DNA of 37,047 nucleotides from Nitrososphaerales archaeon. GTDB lineage: Archaea > Thermoproteota > Nitrososphaeria > Nitrososphaerales > CADDZS01. The position numbers were made by a program, and so were the translations under genes. The notes beneath the pieces were generated by a model. It was not told where the DNA came from. It worked only from the letters and a program-made list of their open reading frames with translations, and did not search any database. Shown piece after piece: positions 1 through 9,015 of this stretch; position 1 is the first letter of the stretch; each line of letters starts with the position of its first letter. The stretch lies in contig DATLTL010000061.1 in NCBI GenBank assembly GCA_035533635.1, forward strand, positions 1 to 37,047. Direction: 5' to 3'.

Positions 1-528
1 AGAACCAGAGTGAAAATGGGCTCGGAGGAGCCCGGCTACGTGGCCTAACTGGGCTGTGTGTACTACATTGAAGATTGTCGTGCTTTTTGACTCGTTCCCA
101 GTCATGATTGCTCTAATTTACAAGGTGGAATTTAAACATTCGATTAGCTTTCTTATTGCGCCCCTGATATGATTCGCTTCACGAAATATTATGGAAGAAG
201 AGCAAAGAAGCATCCCTATTTTCCGCTAGTTCGAGGAGAAGCCGAAATACTGTCGTAGTGCTTCTCCAGATCGGGAGCAATCACCGCGCAGAGCTTGACA
301 TTGGCTACTATTTGTATTCGAGTAGAGATTGGTTCCTTCGGATGAGCATCTTCTTCTCAACCCCGAATGGCGATGACAGGAGTGCGCCAGCGGATTATGA
401 ATGCCCCTTTGACGAACTAACAGAAACATTTTCTGAAATAAAGCGGATCCTGGTGAACCAACGCAGGTTGCCGTTTGTGTTTCTGAGAATAATTCGGCAC
501 GCGCTTATATATTTCCTTGACGCGATGA

Positions 529-1554
529 ATGCGCTGCTTGTCATCATTATCAACTGCTGAAATCTTTAGGCGTACGAGGCTGCTCTTCAAAAATGTAGAC
601 AAGCTCAAACAAGTAGCTCTCTTCGGCCACCGCGCTGAGGAAGAAGATGGACTGCCAAGAGCGGAGATAGAGAAAATCGCCTTCTCTCATGCGGGATTAG
701 TACTTCGTAGCTTGACTGAGTACAATGTAAGAAGGATGTGTGGCGAGGCGGTATACGGCGCGGGACTCCAGAACTACACGCAGGGGAGGGTCTCAGACAA
801 GAAGTTTTCGAAGAACACTCTTTCAGGAAAGCTGGATGAGAGCGGCAGGAAGTGGCTATCCAGCCGTGACCCTCAGTTCTTCGAACCCACGATTACGCTT
901 GAAAGAAACTCGAAGAGACCGCTCATCTCCGGCGGCTGTGCCTGCTCTCTGGCGAGCGAAGGAAGTTTATGCGCCCACATCGCCGCTCTCATGATCGCTT
1001 GGGTCAGGAAACCCCAGGACTTTGTGGAGGGTGGCAATGACCAGACAATGAAATCCGAGTTCGAGGAGGCTATGCAGCGCGTTGTGGACTCGCTCAAAGA
1101 GCTGATCGGCTGCATCGAAAAGGGCAGTTCGAGTACTGATGATCTACGGCTGCTTCAGAAAACATACTCAAAGCTCAGGCTCTGGGCAGACGATGTCAAG
1201 GAAGCAAATGGCGGCGCTTTGGCAATACGCGGTGCACAACCAGACAAGGATTTGCGACCGCTGATTCGTGAATTCTCTGAGACGCTCAACTATGTGTCCT
1301 TTGCCCTAATGTTCGCTATTGAAAGCAAATACAAAGTCGGAACAACCGATCTCTACAACATGACAACCGTATCCACGTTTGCAAGAGTGCTCGAGTTGTT
1401 CGTCGAAAGCGAGGGTCGCAGAAAACCGGTTGACCCGATTTTAGTGAGAGGCAAAAGTGGAAGAAAAAGGGAAATGTTGACCAGCCCTGCGACAGTTTCA
1501 TCGCACACTGCGAGGAGCTGGGACAGCTTGGTGGAAAACTTCTCCGGCCGCTAG
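529..1554 (+). CDS. SWIM zinc-finger domain protein
   Basis: CxCx8CxH signature in GGCACSLASEGSLCAHIAALMIAW (Cys137/Cys139/Cys148/His150, nt 937-978). It follows the segment that usually precedes SWIM fingers. The rest is helical with no other domain recognised. The true start is probably downstream of 529, since the track gives the longest ORF. Confidence 0.6.
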   Translation: MRCLSSLSTAEIFRRTRLLFKNVDKLKQVALFGHRAEEEDGLPRAEIEKIAFSHAGLVLRSLTEYNVRRMCGEAVYGAGLQNYTQGRVSDKKFSKNTLSGKLDESGRKWLSSRDPQFFEPTITLERNSKRPLISGGCACSLASEGSLCAHIAALMIAWVRKPQDFVEGGNDQTMKSEFEEAMQRVVDSLKELIGCIEKGSSSTDDLRLLQKTYSKLRLWADDVKEANGGALAIRGAQPDKDLRPLIREFSETLNYVSFALMFAIESKYKVGTTDLYNMTTVSTFARVLELFVESEGRRKPVDPILVRGKSGRKREMLTSPATVSSHTARSWDSLVENFSGR

Positions 1555-3063
1555 TTGTTTATAGAACATGTGACAAATCAAAACGAAATGTCTGCAGGGG
1601 CATTAGCCGAACTCGACTCGAAGGCGAAGAGCGCGTTCGGTTCTTACGTGGTGAGAAAGGAGCTCGTGCAATCGCACGAGATAAGCAGGCTGCCTCGCTT
1701 CATCTCAGAGTACCTCGTGGCAAAGTTCTACCCTTCGGGAGAGCCGACACAAGACGACATACGTAAGCTTCAGGATTTCGTGACCGTACACTTTCCCGAG
1801 CTGAGAGACAAGGACAAGATACTGCATGACATCATGACGCAAGGCAGCTACACGCTGATGGACGAGTTCAAGGTTGAGACTGACATCAAGGGAGCAACGC
1901 ACCGCCTTTTCATTCCCTGTCTGAACATAAGAGACGCAAAGGTTCTCCCGACAATTCTGGACGAGAACACAGACCTGCTCCGTTCCGGGATGTGGGGCGT
2001 TGCGACGCTCAAGTACTTGCCCGACGGGGATCAGACGAAGGAAAGTGACACTTCTCCTGTGTTGATGACAAAGTTCACCCCATTCGAAGTGGTCAACGTC
2101 AAGCTTTCCGAGTTTGCCTCGAAGCGGCAGCTCTTCACAAGGAGTGAGTGGATCGACCTCCTCGTAAGGAGCATTGGGCTGAATCCAGATTCGTACAATC
2201 ATCACCAGAAACTCTTGCTCTTGCTGAGACTCGTTCCCCTCGTGGAGCCAAACTGCAACGTCCTGGAATTGGGACCGAAGGCAACCGGAAAGACCTACCT
2301 GTACAGGAACATATCGTATTCGACGAGGCTGATAGCTGGAGGAAGGGTGGGCCCGGCCACGCTGTTTTACAACATCGCGACAAAGACAGTGGGCGAGATC
2401 GGTGTGAGAGACTGCGTGGTGCTGGATGAGATAGGCAAGCTGACATTTTCAAACAGCGAGGAGATGATCGGAAAGCTGAAGGACTACATGGTTGACGGCT
2501 TCTTCGAAAGGGGTCCAAAAAAGGCGCACGCCAGCGCTTCAATGGTATTCATGGGCAATGCCGAGTTCGGTTCTTCGGGTGATTCTTCAGCACCATCAAC
2601 AAGAGATATTGTCAGCGCCCTCCCTCATTTCATGAGGGACTCTGCTCTCCTTGACAGAATCCATTGTTTCATCCCTGGATGGGAGCTTCCAAAGATAATG
2701 CAGTCGAGTGAACACCTCGCATCCGGGTACGGAATCGTTGCCGACTACCTTTCAGAAGTGTTTCACCAGATGTCGATGCAGGGATCGTACTCGGACATTT
2801 TCTGGGACAGAGTGAAGATCGAATCCTCAACGCAAGAAGGCGTCACGATAAGGGAGGAGAAGGCGATCAAGAAGGTGGCTTCGGGGATGCTCAAGCTACT
2901 CTGCCCCGACAAGGCGTGTGAGGAGCAGGACATCACAATAGCTATGAAGGTGGCGGTGGAGGGCAGGCAGAGGGTGAACGCGCTTCTAAGCTCGATCTCT
3001 CCAGAGGAGTTCGACAAGGACAAGGACATAAAGTTCTCTCCAAAATCCGCTTCGATCCCGTAA
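1555..3063 (+). CDS. BrxL-like AAA+ ATPase lacking the Lon protease domain (TIGR02688-like)
   Basis: The N-terminus (AFGSYVVRKELV...RLPRFISEYLVAKF) matches my recollection of the BrxL N-domain. Walker A GPKATGKT (nt 2272-2295), Walker B VVLDEIG, and the conserved IPGWELPK...GYGIVADYLSEVF segment are present. The ORF ends at about 500 aa with no Lon-type protease domain. Start is TTG 1555 abutting the upstream stop, or more likely ATG 1588 (MSAGALAELD). Confidence 0.7.
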   Translation: MFIEHVTNQNEMSAGALAELDSKAKSAFGSYVVRKELVQSHEISRLPRFISEYLVAKFYPSGEPTQDDIRKLQDFVTVHFPELRDKDKILHDIMTQGSYTLMDEFKVETDIKGATHRLFIPCLNIRDAKVLPTILDENTDLLRSGMWGVATLKYLPDGDQTKESDTSPVLMTKFTPFEVVNVKLSEFASKRQLFTRSEWIDLLVRSIGLNPDSYNHHQKLLLLLRLVPLVEPNCNVLELGPKATGKTYLYRNISYSTRLIAGGRVGPATLFYNIATKTVGEIGVRDCVVLDEIGKLTFSNSEEMIGKLKDYMVDGFFERGPKKAHASASMVFMGNAEFGSSGDSSAPSTRDIVSALPHFMRDSALLDRIHCFIPGWELPKIMQSSEHLASGYGIVADYLSEVFHQMSMQGSYSDIFWDRVKIESSTQEGVTIREEKAIKKVASGMLKLLCPDKACEEQDITIAMKVAVEGRQRVNALLSSISPEEFDKDKDIKFSPKSASIP

Positions 3064-3422
3064 GACAAAGGGGAAGTCATGTCTTCCTTCGACACTCCGT
3101 GGGTTTTGGCAGAGGTATAGCTGGGCCCACGTTGCCGAAAGAGGCGCGAACGTATCTGTTGTGTATGAGTCACACGTCACGCGCTCAAAAGTCTGGTCGT
3201 CTCCGCAACCGAGACTAGTATTCGCAACTCCCCAGATTGTTAGAAACGATCTTCGCACCGGGTCCACTAACCTTTAGGAAGTAGTCTATCACGACGCGTC
3301 ATTTGTTTAGTACTAGCCACTTTTCCTTTTCCTTGATCCCAAATGTCTTCGGTCGGGCATACCGAGAGATGGCAATCAATATAGCTCAAGACATAAGACA
3401 AGGGAACATGAACGGCAGATAA

Positions 3423-4841
3423 TTGCAAGACTGCACGCTGAATTTCGACAAGGGAACCATAGTAGTGAGAGGGGATGTCAGGATCCCAAACACTTCGTGG
3501 GACGAAAGAATCAAGTCGTTCAGGGCTCAGGCTCTTCACTACAGCGAGATTGTGCAGTACCTGAAGCGGAGCGCTCTTCCATTTTCCGACTTTGTGCAGG
3601 AAGGTTTGATGCCCTGCCCAAATTTGAGCTGCCCATCCATAAAGCTCAGGGGATACCAGAAGCAGGCTCTTACGGCATGGGACAAGTCGGGAAGGAGGGG
3701 AACTATAGTCCTCCCGACAGGATCTGGAAAGACGGTCATAGCCCTGAAAGCTATTGAACTAGTTAACCAGTCTTCAATCATTCTTATCCCCACTCTTGAT
3801 TTGTTGGAGCAGTGGAGGAAAAGACTCGCAAAAGAGCTCAACGTAGAGGTCGGAGTATACGGCGGCGGCGAAAACACGCTAAAGCCAGTGACAGTTTCTA
3901 CATACGATACCGCATACATTAGGGCGGCCGAGCTCGGGAACAGGTTCTCCCTTCTCATCGCAGACGAGGTCCATCACATCGCTTCTGAAGGGTACAGGCA
4001 GATCGCCGAGATGTTCGCGTCTCCCTACAGGCTAGGGCTGACAGCCACATTCGAGAGGGAGGACATGCTTCATAATGAAATCCCACGGCTCGTCGGTGGG
4101 GTCGTGTTCCGGATGGAGCCTGAAGATCTGGCCGGCAGGTACCTCTCCAACTTCCGGATAGAAAGGCTCAGGGTAGACCTCAAGGAAAATGAGGCGCAGG
4201 AATACGAGAAATACCACTCAATATTTAGAGACTACCTGACGAAGAACAGGATAACTCTGAACACCCCAATACAATTCCAGAGGTTTGTGATGAGGAGCGG
4301 CAGAGATCCGGAAGCGAGAAGGGCGCTGCTCGCAAGGAACAAGGCTCAGAAGATTGCCTTCAACTCAGAATCCAAGATAGAGAAGCTGGAGGAGATTCTG
4401 AGAGAAAATAGGAATGAGAGAGTGATAATATTCACTCAGCACAACGATCTGGTGTACAGAATTTCAAGGAGGTTCCTGATCCCCTTCATAACTCACACAA
4501 CGAACAAGGACGAAAGACACACCGTTTTGGAGCTCTTCAACAGCGGAGAGTACAGGGCCGTCGTCACATCCAAGGTTCTGGACGAGGGGATTGATGTCCC
4601 TGAAGCTTCGCTCGGAATCATCCTCAGCGGAACGGGAAGCTTAAGGGAGTTTGTGCAGAGGCTTGGCAGGGTCTTGAGAAAAAAGACTGACAGAGACGCA
4701 AGGTTGATCGAGATAGTATCAAGCGAGACATCGGAGGTTAACACGAGTTCGAGGAGAAGGAGGGGCCACCGAGATGGTGCGTCATCTTCATTGTCTCCTG
4801 AAAAAGCGTCGTCCACAAGCTCTGGAAGATCATATCAATGA
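3423..4841 (+). CDS. xpb: XPB (Rad25/ERCC3-type) superfamily-2 DNA helicase
   Basis: N-terminal damage-recognition-like domain (LNFDKGTIVVRGDV...WDERIKSFRAQALHY). Helicase motifs LRGYQKQA, PTGSGKT, DEVHH and LGLTATFEREDM (the XPB-specific RED motif), plus VTSKVLDEGIDVPEA and REFVQRLGRVLR. Confidence 0.85.
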   Translation: MQDCTLNFDKGTIVVRGDVRIPNTSWDERIKSFRAQALHYSEIVQYLKRSALPFSDFVQEGLMPCPNLSCPSIKLRGYQKQALTAWDKSGRRGTIVLPTGSGKTVIALKAIELVNQSSIILIPTLDLLEQWRKRLAKELNVEVGVYGGGENTLKPVTVSTYDTAYIRAAELGNRFSLLIADEVHHIASEGYRQIAEMFASPYRLGLTATFEREDMLHNEIPRLVGGVVFRMEPEDLAGRYLSNFRIERLRVDLKENEAQEYEKYHSIFRDYLTKNRITLNTPIQFQRFVMRSGRDPEARRALLARNKAQKIAFNSESKIEKLEEILRENRNERVIIFTQHNDLVYRISRRFLIPFITHTTNKDERHTVLELFNSGEYRAVVTSKVLDEGIDVPEASLGIILSGTGSLREFVQRLGRVLRKKTDRDARLIEIVSSETSEVNTSSRRRRGHRDGASSSLSPEKASSTSSGRSYQ

Positions 4842-4953
4842 TTGGTATTGAAGAATCTCGGATAGATTGGATACAGCCAACTCGTTCATTCAACTCCAAG
4901 CAACTGATTTGATCTCGCTAAGTCGAACAAACAGGGGAGGTTGAAGTCTACAT

Positions 4954-6741
4954 ATGCTTCCATCAAATCTACTGAGAGCAAGGGTTTCGAGAGGAGGCGC
5001 GATAAGGCTCCTATATGCATCTCCCGTTACCACCGCAGAACTTGCGCACAGCCTGATCGACATTTTCAGGAAATCTCAGGGGATGAAGAAAGGTGACCTA
5101 TTCGAAAAGCTGGAAGAAGCAGAGTCGACTGGTGATAACGGCAAGAAAACAGACTCCACCATGGTAGACCATGACTACAAGCTCGTGAGGGGGCTTTCGG
5201 AACTTCTGATGAGGATGTGCGTTTTTGAATCTGAAAGAACTGAGATAGATCCCAAACGTGCAAGGGAGCTTGTCTTCAGGAAAGCAAGCAAGAGCAGGGC
5301 TACTTCAGTTTCAGAGATTGGTCGGGTGATTAGCGAAGCGGCCAGCGAGGTGGGGAAGAAGGAAGAAGATCTTCAAAGATCGCTCTGGGCCGACCTCGAC
5401 GAAGAGCTCATCATGAAACAGTTTAACCCGCCAAAGAGCGCGGAAGATCTGATCAGGTCATACAACCTGTCCCTAGCCCAAACCGCTCTTTTCAAATGTT
5501 CAAGGTTAGAGTTCACGGCCTCCGGGAACTGGAAGAACATCTTCTGGGGAATCAAAAGGCTCGGAATGATGTACGTAGTAGAAGCAGTCAATGGCAGTGG
5601 GAGCAGCAGTAGCAGCAGTAATAATAGAAGCAACAACATCGGTGACAAACCCGATTACTTGGTTTCTCTCGACGGCCCTCTTTCGCTTTTCAAGTGGACC
5701 GACAGATATGGGACCTCACTTGCCAAACTCCTTCCTCAGATAATAGGAAACGAGTCTTGGAGAATAAAGGCACAGATAGTCGATAAGAGGAAAAACAGGA
5801 TCCTTTCCTTCGAGGAATCGAGCGAAAACACAAGCGGGTTTTTTCCCACTGATGAGGCAATTGGAGGCAGACGACTGTACGACAGCAGCGTCGAAGAAAA
5901 GTTTGCAAAGAGTTTTGCCTCCCTCGGCGATACGGGGTGGACTCTCAGGAGGGAACCAGAGCCGCTCTTGACTGATCCTTCGCCCGAGACTGGGATCAGG
6001 CATATCATAATCCCAGATTTCAGCTTTGAGAAACGGGGTACGCGGAAGAAGGTCTATCTGGAAATAGTGGGATTTTGGACTCCAGAGTACCTGACAAGGA
6101 AGCTCGAGAAGCTCTCACTGCTCCCGAAGGATTCTGTTGATATCATAATAGCCATCGACGAGGATCTGGTATGCTCAAGCGGCGGGGATAGGAGGAAGTT
6201 CCTTCATCTTGTTCCTGCTCTAAACGAAAGAAGGGTGGTCACCTATTCATCAGGGAAGAAAGTTCCTCTCGCGCCGATTTTCGAACACCTCAAGCTGATA
6301 GACGATGAAATCGTAAAAGGAGAGACCCAGCGGATTTTGGAAATGCTCAGAGGGGCTGAATTCAAGCAGGATGTGATCCGGCTGGAAGAGATTGCCTCGA
6401 ACTGGGGCGTCACCCCCAAAGCAGTACGTGCCGCGCTCGTATCAGAGGGTGTGAATGGATATTCCAAGATCGGCGACCATTTGGTCAGCGAAAAGAAACT
6501 AGAAGAAGTAAGAAAGAAAATAGAAGTGCTCATTCACCGCACTGCCGGACATACTAAAAATGGATCAACAATAGCAGAAGTAGTGGGAGCAAAAGCAGAG
6601 GAAGAAGCAAGCCTGATGGAAGTGAACGATGCCATACAGTCGTGCGGCCTCGATCCACCCGGCGTTATAGAAGCGTTGGGTTACACCATTGTCTGGGAGG
6701 GACTGGATATGGATAAGAGTAGGGTGATCAGGGAAAAATGA
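4954..6741 (+). CDS. bax1: Bax1 / DUF790 family nuclease (XPB partner)
   Basis: N-terminus MLPSNLLRARVSRGGAIRLLY is typical of DUF790/Bax1. PD-(D/E)xK-like core IIIPDFSFE ... VYLEIVGFWTPEYL. It lies directly downstream of xpb, as in characterised archaeal XPB-Bax1 pairs. At 595 aa it is longer than I recall for typical Bax1 (roughly 400-460 aa), with a Ser/Asn low-complexity insert and a C-terminal extension. Confidence 0.75.
   Translation: MLPSNLLRARVSRGGAIRLLYASPVTTAELAHSLIDIFRKSQGMKKGDLFEKLEEAESTGDNGKKTDSTMVDHDYKLVRGLSELLMRMCVFESERTEIDPKRARELVFRKASKSRATSVSEIGRVISEAASEVGKKEEDLQRSLWADLDEELIMKQFNPPKSAEDLIRSYNLSLAQTALFKCSRLEFTASGNWKNIFWGIKRLGMMYVVEAVNGSGSSSSSSNNRSNNIGDKPDYLVSLDGPLSLFKWTDRYGTSLAKLLPQIIGNESWRIKAQIVDKRKNRILSFEESSENTSGFFPTDEAIGGRRLYDSSVEEKFAKSFASLGDTGWTLRREPEPLLTDPSPETGIRHIIIPDFSFEKRGTRKKVYLEIVGFWTPEYLTRKLEKLSLLPKDSVDIIIAIDEDLVCSSGGDRRKFLHLVPALNERRVVTYSSGKKVPLAPIFEHLKLIDDEIVKGETQRILEMLRGAEFKQDVIRLEEIASNWGVTPKAVRAALVSEGVNGYSKIGDHLVSEKKLEEVRKKIEVLIHRTAGHTKNGSTIAEVVGAKAEEEASLMEVNDAIQSCGLDPPGVIEALGYTIVWEGLDMDKSRVIREK
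5593..5637 (+). repeat. AGC/AGT/AAT/AAC trinucleotide low-complexity tract inside bax1 (encodes GSGSSSSSSNNRSNN)
   Basis: Direct reading: ggc agt ggg agc agc agt agc agc agt aat aat aga agc aac aac. Confidence 0.8.
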
Positions 6742-6815
6742 TCCAATCTGAAACTCCACGATTCAGTGTGGTGCTACGCCGAATCGCAATTTCGCATGGC
6801 CAATGTGTTTAGGAC

Positions 6816-6821
6816 TTTTTT
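6816..6821 (+). terminator. oligo-T tract downstream of bax1 (possible archaeal terminator)
   Basis: A T6 run about 75 nt after the bax1 stop. Archaeal RNA polymerase terminates at oligo-T. Confidence 0.3.
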
Positions 6822-6871
6822 CAATTCAACTACTTCAAATTGGCAGTTTTTCCAGTCCTGCTCCTAGCAGA

Positions 6872-7139
6872 TTATAATGTCACAGTTAGCGTTTCAACAG
6901 CGTCGTCCGGTTGAATTTCCCGGTCGAGCTTTTTCTTGACTTGGCGCAGAAAGTCTATAAGTTGCCTGGTGTTGGAAATCCTAGTTTGGGACAACTGAAT
7001 ACAGACTCAGATTTTCTTTGATGCTTTCTTCATCAGCTGGAATCTCTCTTGTCCCAGTCGACTCTAGAATAGTAATTGCGTCCTTCAGAGATTCGTCGCT
7101 CGGAATAAACTTGTACAGTGTCTTGAACGTCGAAAAGAA
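6872..7139 (-). pseudogene. decayed gene remnant (two overlapping reading-frame fragments)
   Basis: Minus-strand fragments FFSTFKTLYKFIPSDESLKDAITILESTGTREIPADEESIKENLSLYSVVPN* (7139-6981) and VCIQLSQTRISNTRQLIDFLRQVKKKLDREIQPDDAVETLTVTL* (7006-6872). Both look protein-like but lie in different frames, each bounded upstream by a stop. They sit in an otherwise ORF-free 870-nt gap. Confidence 0.3.
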
Positions 7140-7403
7140 TCATTGAACACAAGGTACGCAGTCGACACCAATGTACTTGTACATTGGTTGCTAAAGTCTG
7201 ATGGACTGAGAGCAAAGATAATCAATAGTCAGACGTTCGCCAAAGTCTAAGAAAGGTAGCAGAAACATCGTTGAACAATATTTCGTACTCTTAGTCCATA
7301 ATGCAGAATCATGTTGTGAAACATGGCTTTCCCTCCCTCAACATCTGAGAAGTTCGTGCGTTCAAACGCACATGGAGTTAGGGCAAGCGCCGCGGGTTAC
7401 CTT

Positions 7404-7449
7404 AACTTACTCACTCACGTGCCACGTTCTCGTCTCTCGTTTCCTCTGT
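7404..7449 (+). repeat. 46-bp direct repeat, copy 1 (weaker similarity extends left to about 7392)
   Basis: aacttactcActcacgtgccacgttctcgtctctcgtttcctctgt is identical to 14514-14559 except for one base (7413 A vs 14523 G). Confidence 0.9.
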
Positions 7450-7614
7450 CCCTAATCTTAGCACTCGCTCGAATTTAAGCGTTCGACCCGGTTGCTTCTC
7501 AAAGCCAAGCCGTAGCATTTGCGGTACATAGAACAAAAGTTTGAGCACCTACGCTCCTCGTGATCTACGGTTAACGCGAAATCAGGTTAACTACATTTAA
7601 GCATGGGGTGACGG

Positions 7615-8928
7615 TTAACATTTTCCGCCGAGGAACGATGTGTTTGTTCCAATCGTATCAATTCTCCCTATCTTATTCAATTTGAGTGACAAGAGATAGC
7701 TCAGACTGACTGGTTTGTAGTCTAACAGCTCACAGCTGACGTTGATCGTCCTCTTCTCTCCTTCGACGAAAGGATAATCTCTCACGTTATTGTTGTGTTT
7801 GTCGCCGTGAATGACCCAGGCGCGATTTGCTTCCACCCACCTTCGAAGGTCGTCGGGCAGTTCATTGGGATCGTGTGCTACAGCGAAGCACTTCGTTTCC
7901 TTCTCGTATTCGTCCCTGATACTGAATTTGTCGAATTGGATAGTTCCCACGCTATCATCGTCATGGTTACCCTTTACGAAGATCTTTTGTCCTTTTAGTT
8001 TTGGCCACCAGTATTTCGAAGGCTTGCGATCTCTTCCAAATGTTAGGTCGCCGAGAAAGTAGACCTTGTCATTGTCCCCTACTGTACCATTCCAGTTTTG
8101 AATAAGTACACTATTCATTTCGTTGATATCTTCGCAGAAGGGTCTTGCGGTATAGCTGATGATATTTCCATGGTCAAGATGAAGGTCGCTGATGAAAAAT
8201 ATTTTGGGATTACTCCTCATGCGTGAAAGCTGCCCAAGCAATCTAGAATGCTTCAGTTCGATCCCCTTCTCGACCCTGTACGCTTTGAGTGTCTTGCGCC
8301 ATTCGCTCCAATCTAGCGCCTGCTCACGCGTGAAGAGCTTCTTCCGAACCAGATCGTATTCCCGATCAATTCTGCCTCCTTGATCAAGTATTGTCACCCT
8401 CAGCGCATCTAGAGGGAGGTATGGCCTCCCTTTCTTGATGTGGAGATTTTGTCCTTTTGCCCCATCTCTTCTAGAATGTTCATTGCTTAGGAATTCCCAA
8501 ACACGTTGAAGGTCATCGTCAGAAAGATCCCATCCAATAGTAATGTGGAACCAGGGGTCATTGTTCTCGTGATCCCAAGGTTGTACACTCGGGAAATCTT
8601 TGCTCAAAGCTCTTACCAACTCCCTTCTAAAGGAGAGAAGTTCAGGACTCGGCAGAATTCTGAACGCAATTACGTTGCCCTCGGTGCCCCTAACCTTCGA
8701 TTCGTAGTCGTCGACAAGATAAGGGAGAGTGCTATGCTTGTTGCATACTCTTTCGAGGAGTTTCCGTAGTTCCGGCCACTTGCGTTCCGGGACTTCGGCG
8801 TTTCCGTACAAAGTTAGATGCGGAATCTTTGCAACCTTTCCGTGGCGTACTAAATCGTTTGCTGCAACTGCATTCAGCACAGACCTAAAGCGGAAGTCGC
8901 CCGGCCTGACCCTAAGCTCGACGAGCAA
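7615..8928 (-). CDS. 2H phosphoesterase (LigT/CPDase-like) fused to a calcineurin-type metallophosphoesterase
   Basis: The N-terminal half has the two HxTx motifs of the 2H superfamily (IPHLTLYG and WFHITIGW). The C-terminal half has metallophosphoesterase motifs FFISDLHLDHGN, YFLGDLTFG, VKGNHD and VIHGDKH. Confidence 0.7.
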   Translation of the reverse strand: MLVELRVRPGDFRFRSVLNAVAANDLVRHGKVAKIPHLTLYGNAEVPERKWPELRKLLERVCNKHSTLPYLVDDYESKVRGTEGNVIAFRILPSPELLSFRRELVRALSKDFPSVQPWDHENNDPWFHITIGWDLSDDDLQRVWEFLSNEHSRRDGAKGQNLHIKKGRPYLPLDALRVTILDQGGRIDREYDLVRKKLFTREQALDWSEWRKTLKAYRVEKGIELKHSRLLGQLSRMRSNPKIFFISDLHLDHGNIISYTARPFCEDINEMNSVLIQNWNGTVGDNDKVYFLGDLTFGRDRKPSKYWWPKLKGQKIFVKGNHDDDSVGTIQFDKFSIRDEYEKETKCFAVAHDPNELPDDLRRWVEANRAWVIHGDKHNNNVRDYPFVEGEKRTINVSCELLDYKPVSLSYLLSLKLNKIGRIDTIGTNTSFLGGKC

Positions 8929-9015
8929 GAATACTCACTCCCCTTCCCTGCCAAATCCGCGAATGCAAGGATTCCGACGCGTCAGCTGAAGAACGTATCG
9001 TCCACACCTTCGGGT

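Noticed and set aside
226-608. Short ORFs at the left edge: 258-560(+), 226-429(-) and 417-608(-)
   Set aside because: They overlap each other, carry no motifs and have odd composition. The region may be a 5' leader or promoter, or decayed sequence. There is not enough evidence to call a gene.
1705-2542. Antisense ORFs 1705-2205(-), 2135-2542(-) and 2148-2429(+) within the BrxL-like gene. Similar shadow ORFs occur inside xpb, bax1, the methyltransferase, herA and other genes.
   Set aside because: They overlap genes with strong motif support and have Arg/Ser/Pro/Cys-rich compositions typical of out-of-frame or antisense reading.
7033-7215. 60-aa minus-strand ORF in the bax1-cassette gap
   Set aside because: It overlaps the more protein-like frameshifted fragments in another frame. 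It is probably a by-product of the pseudogene region.
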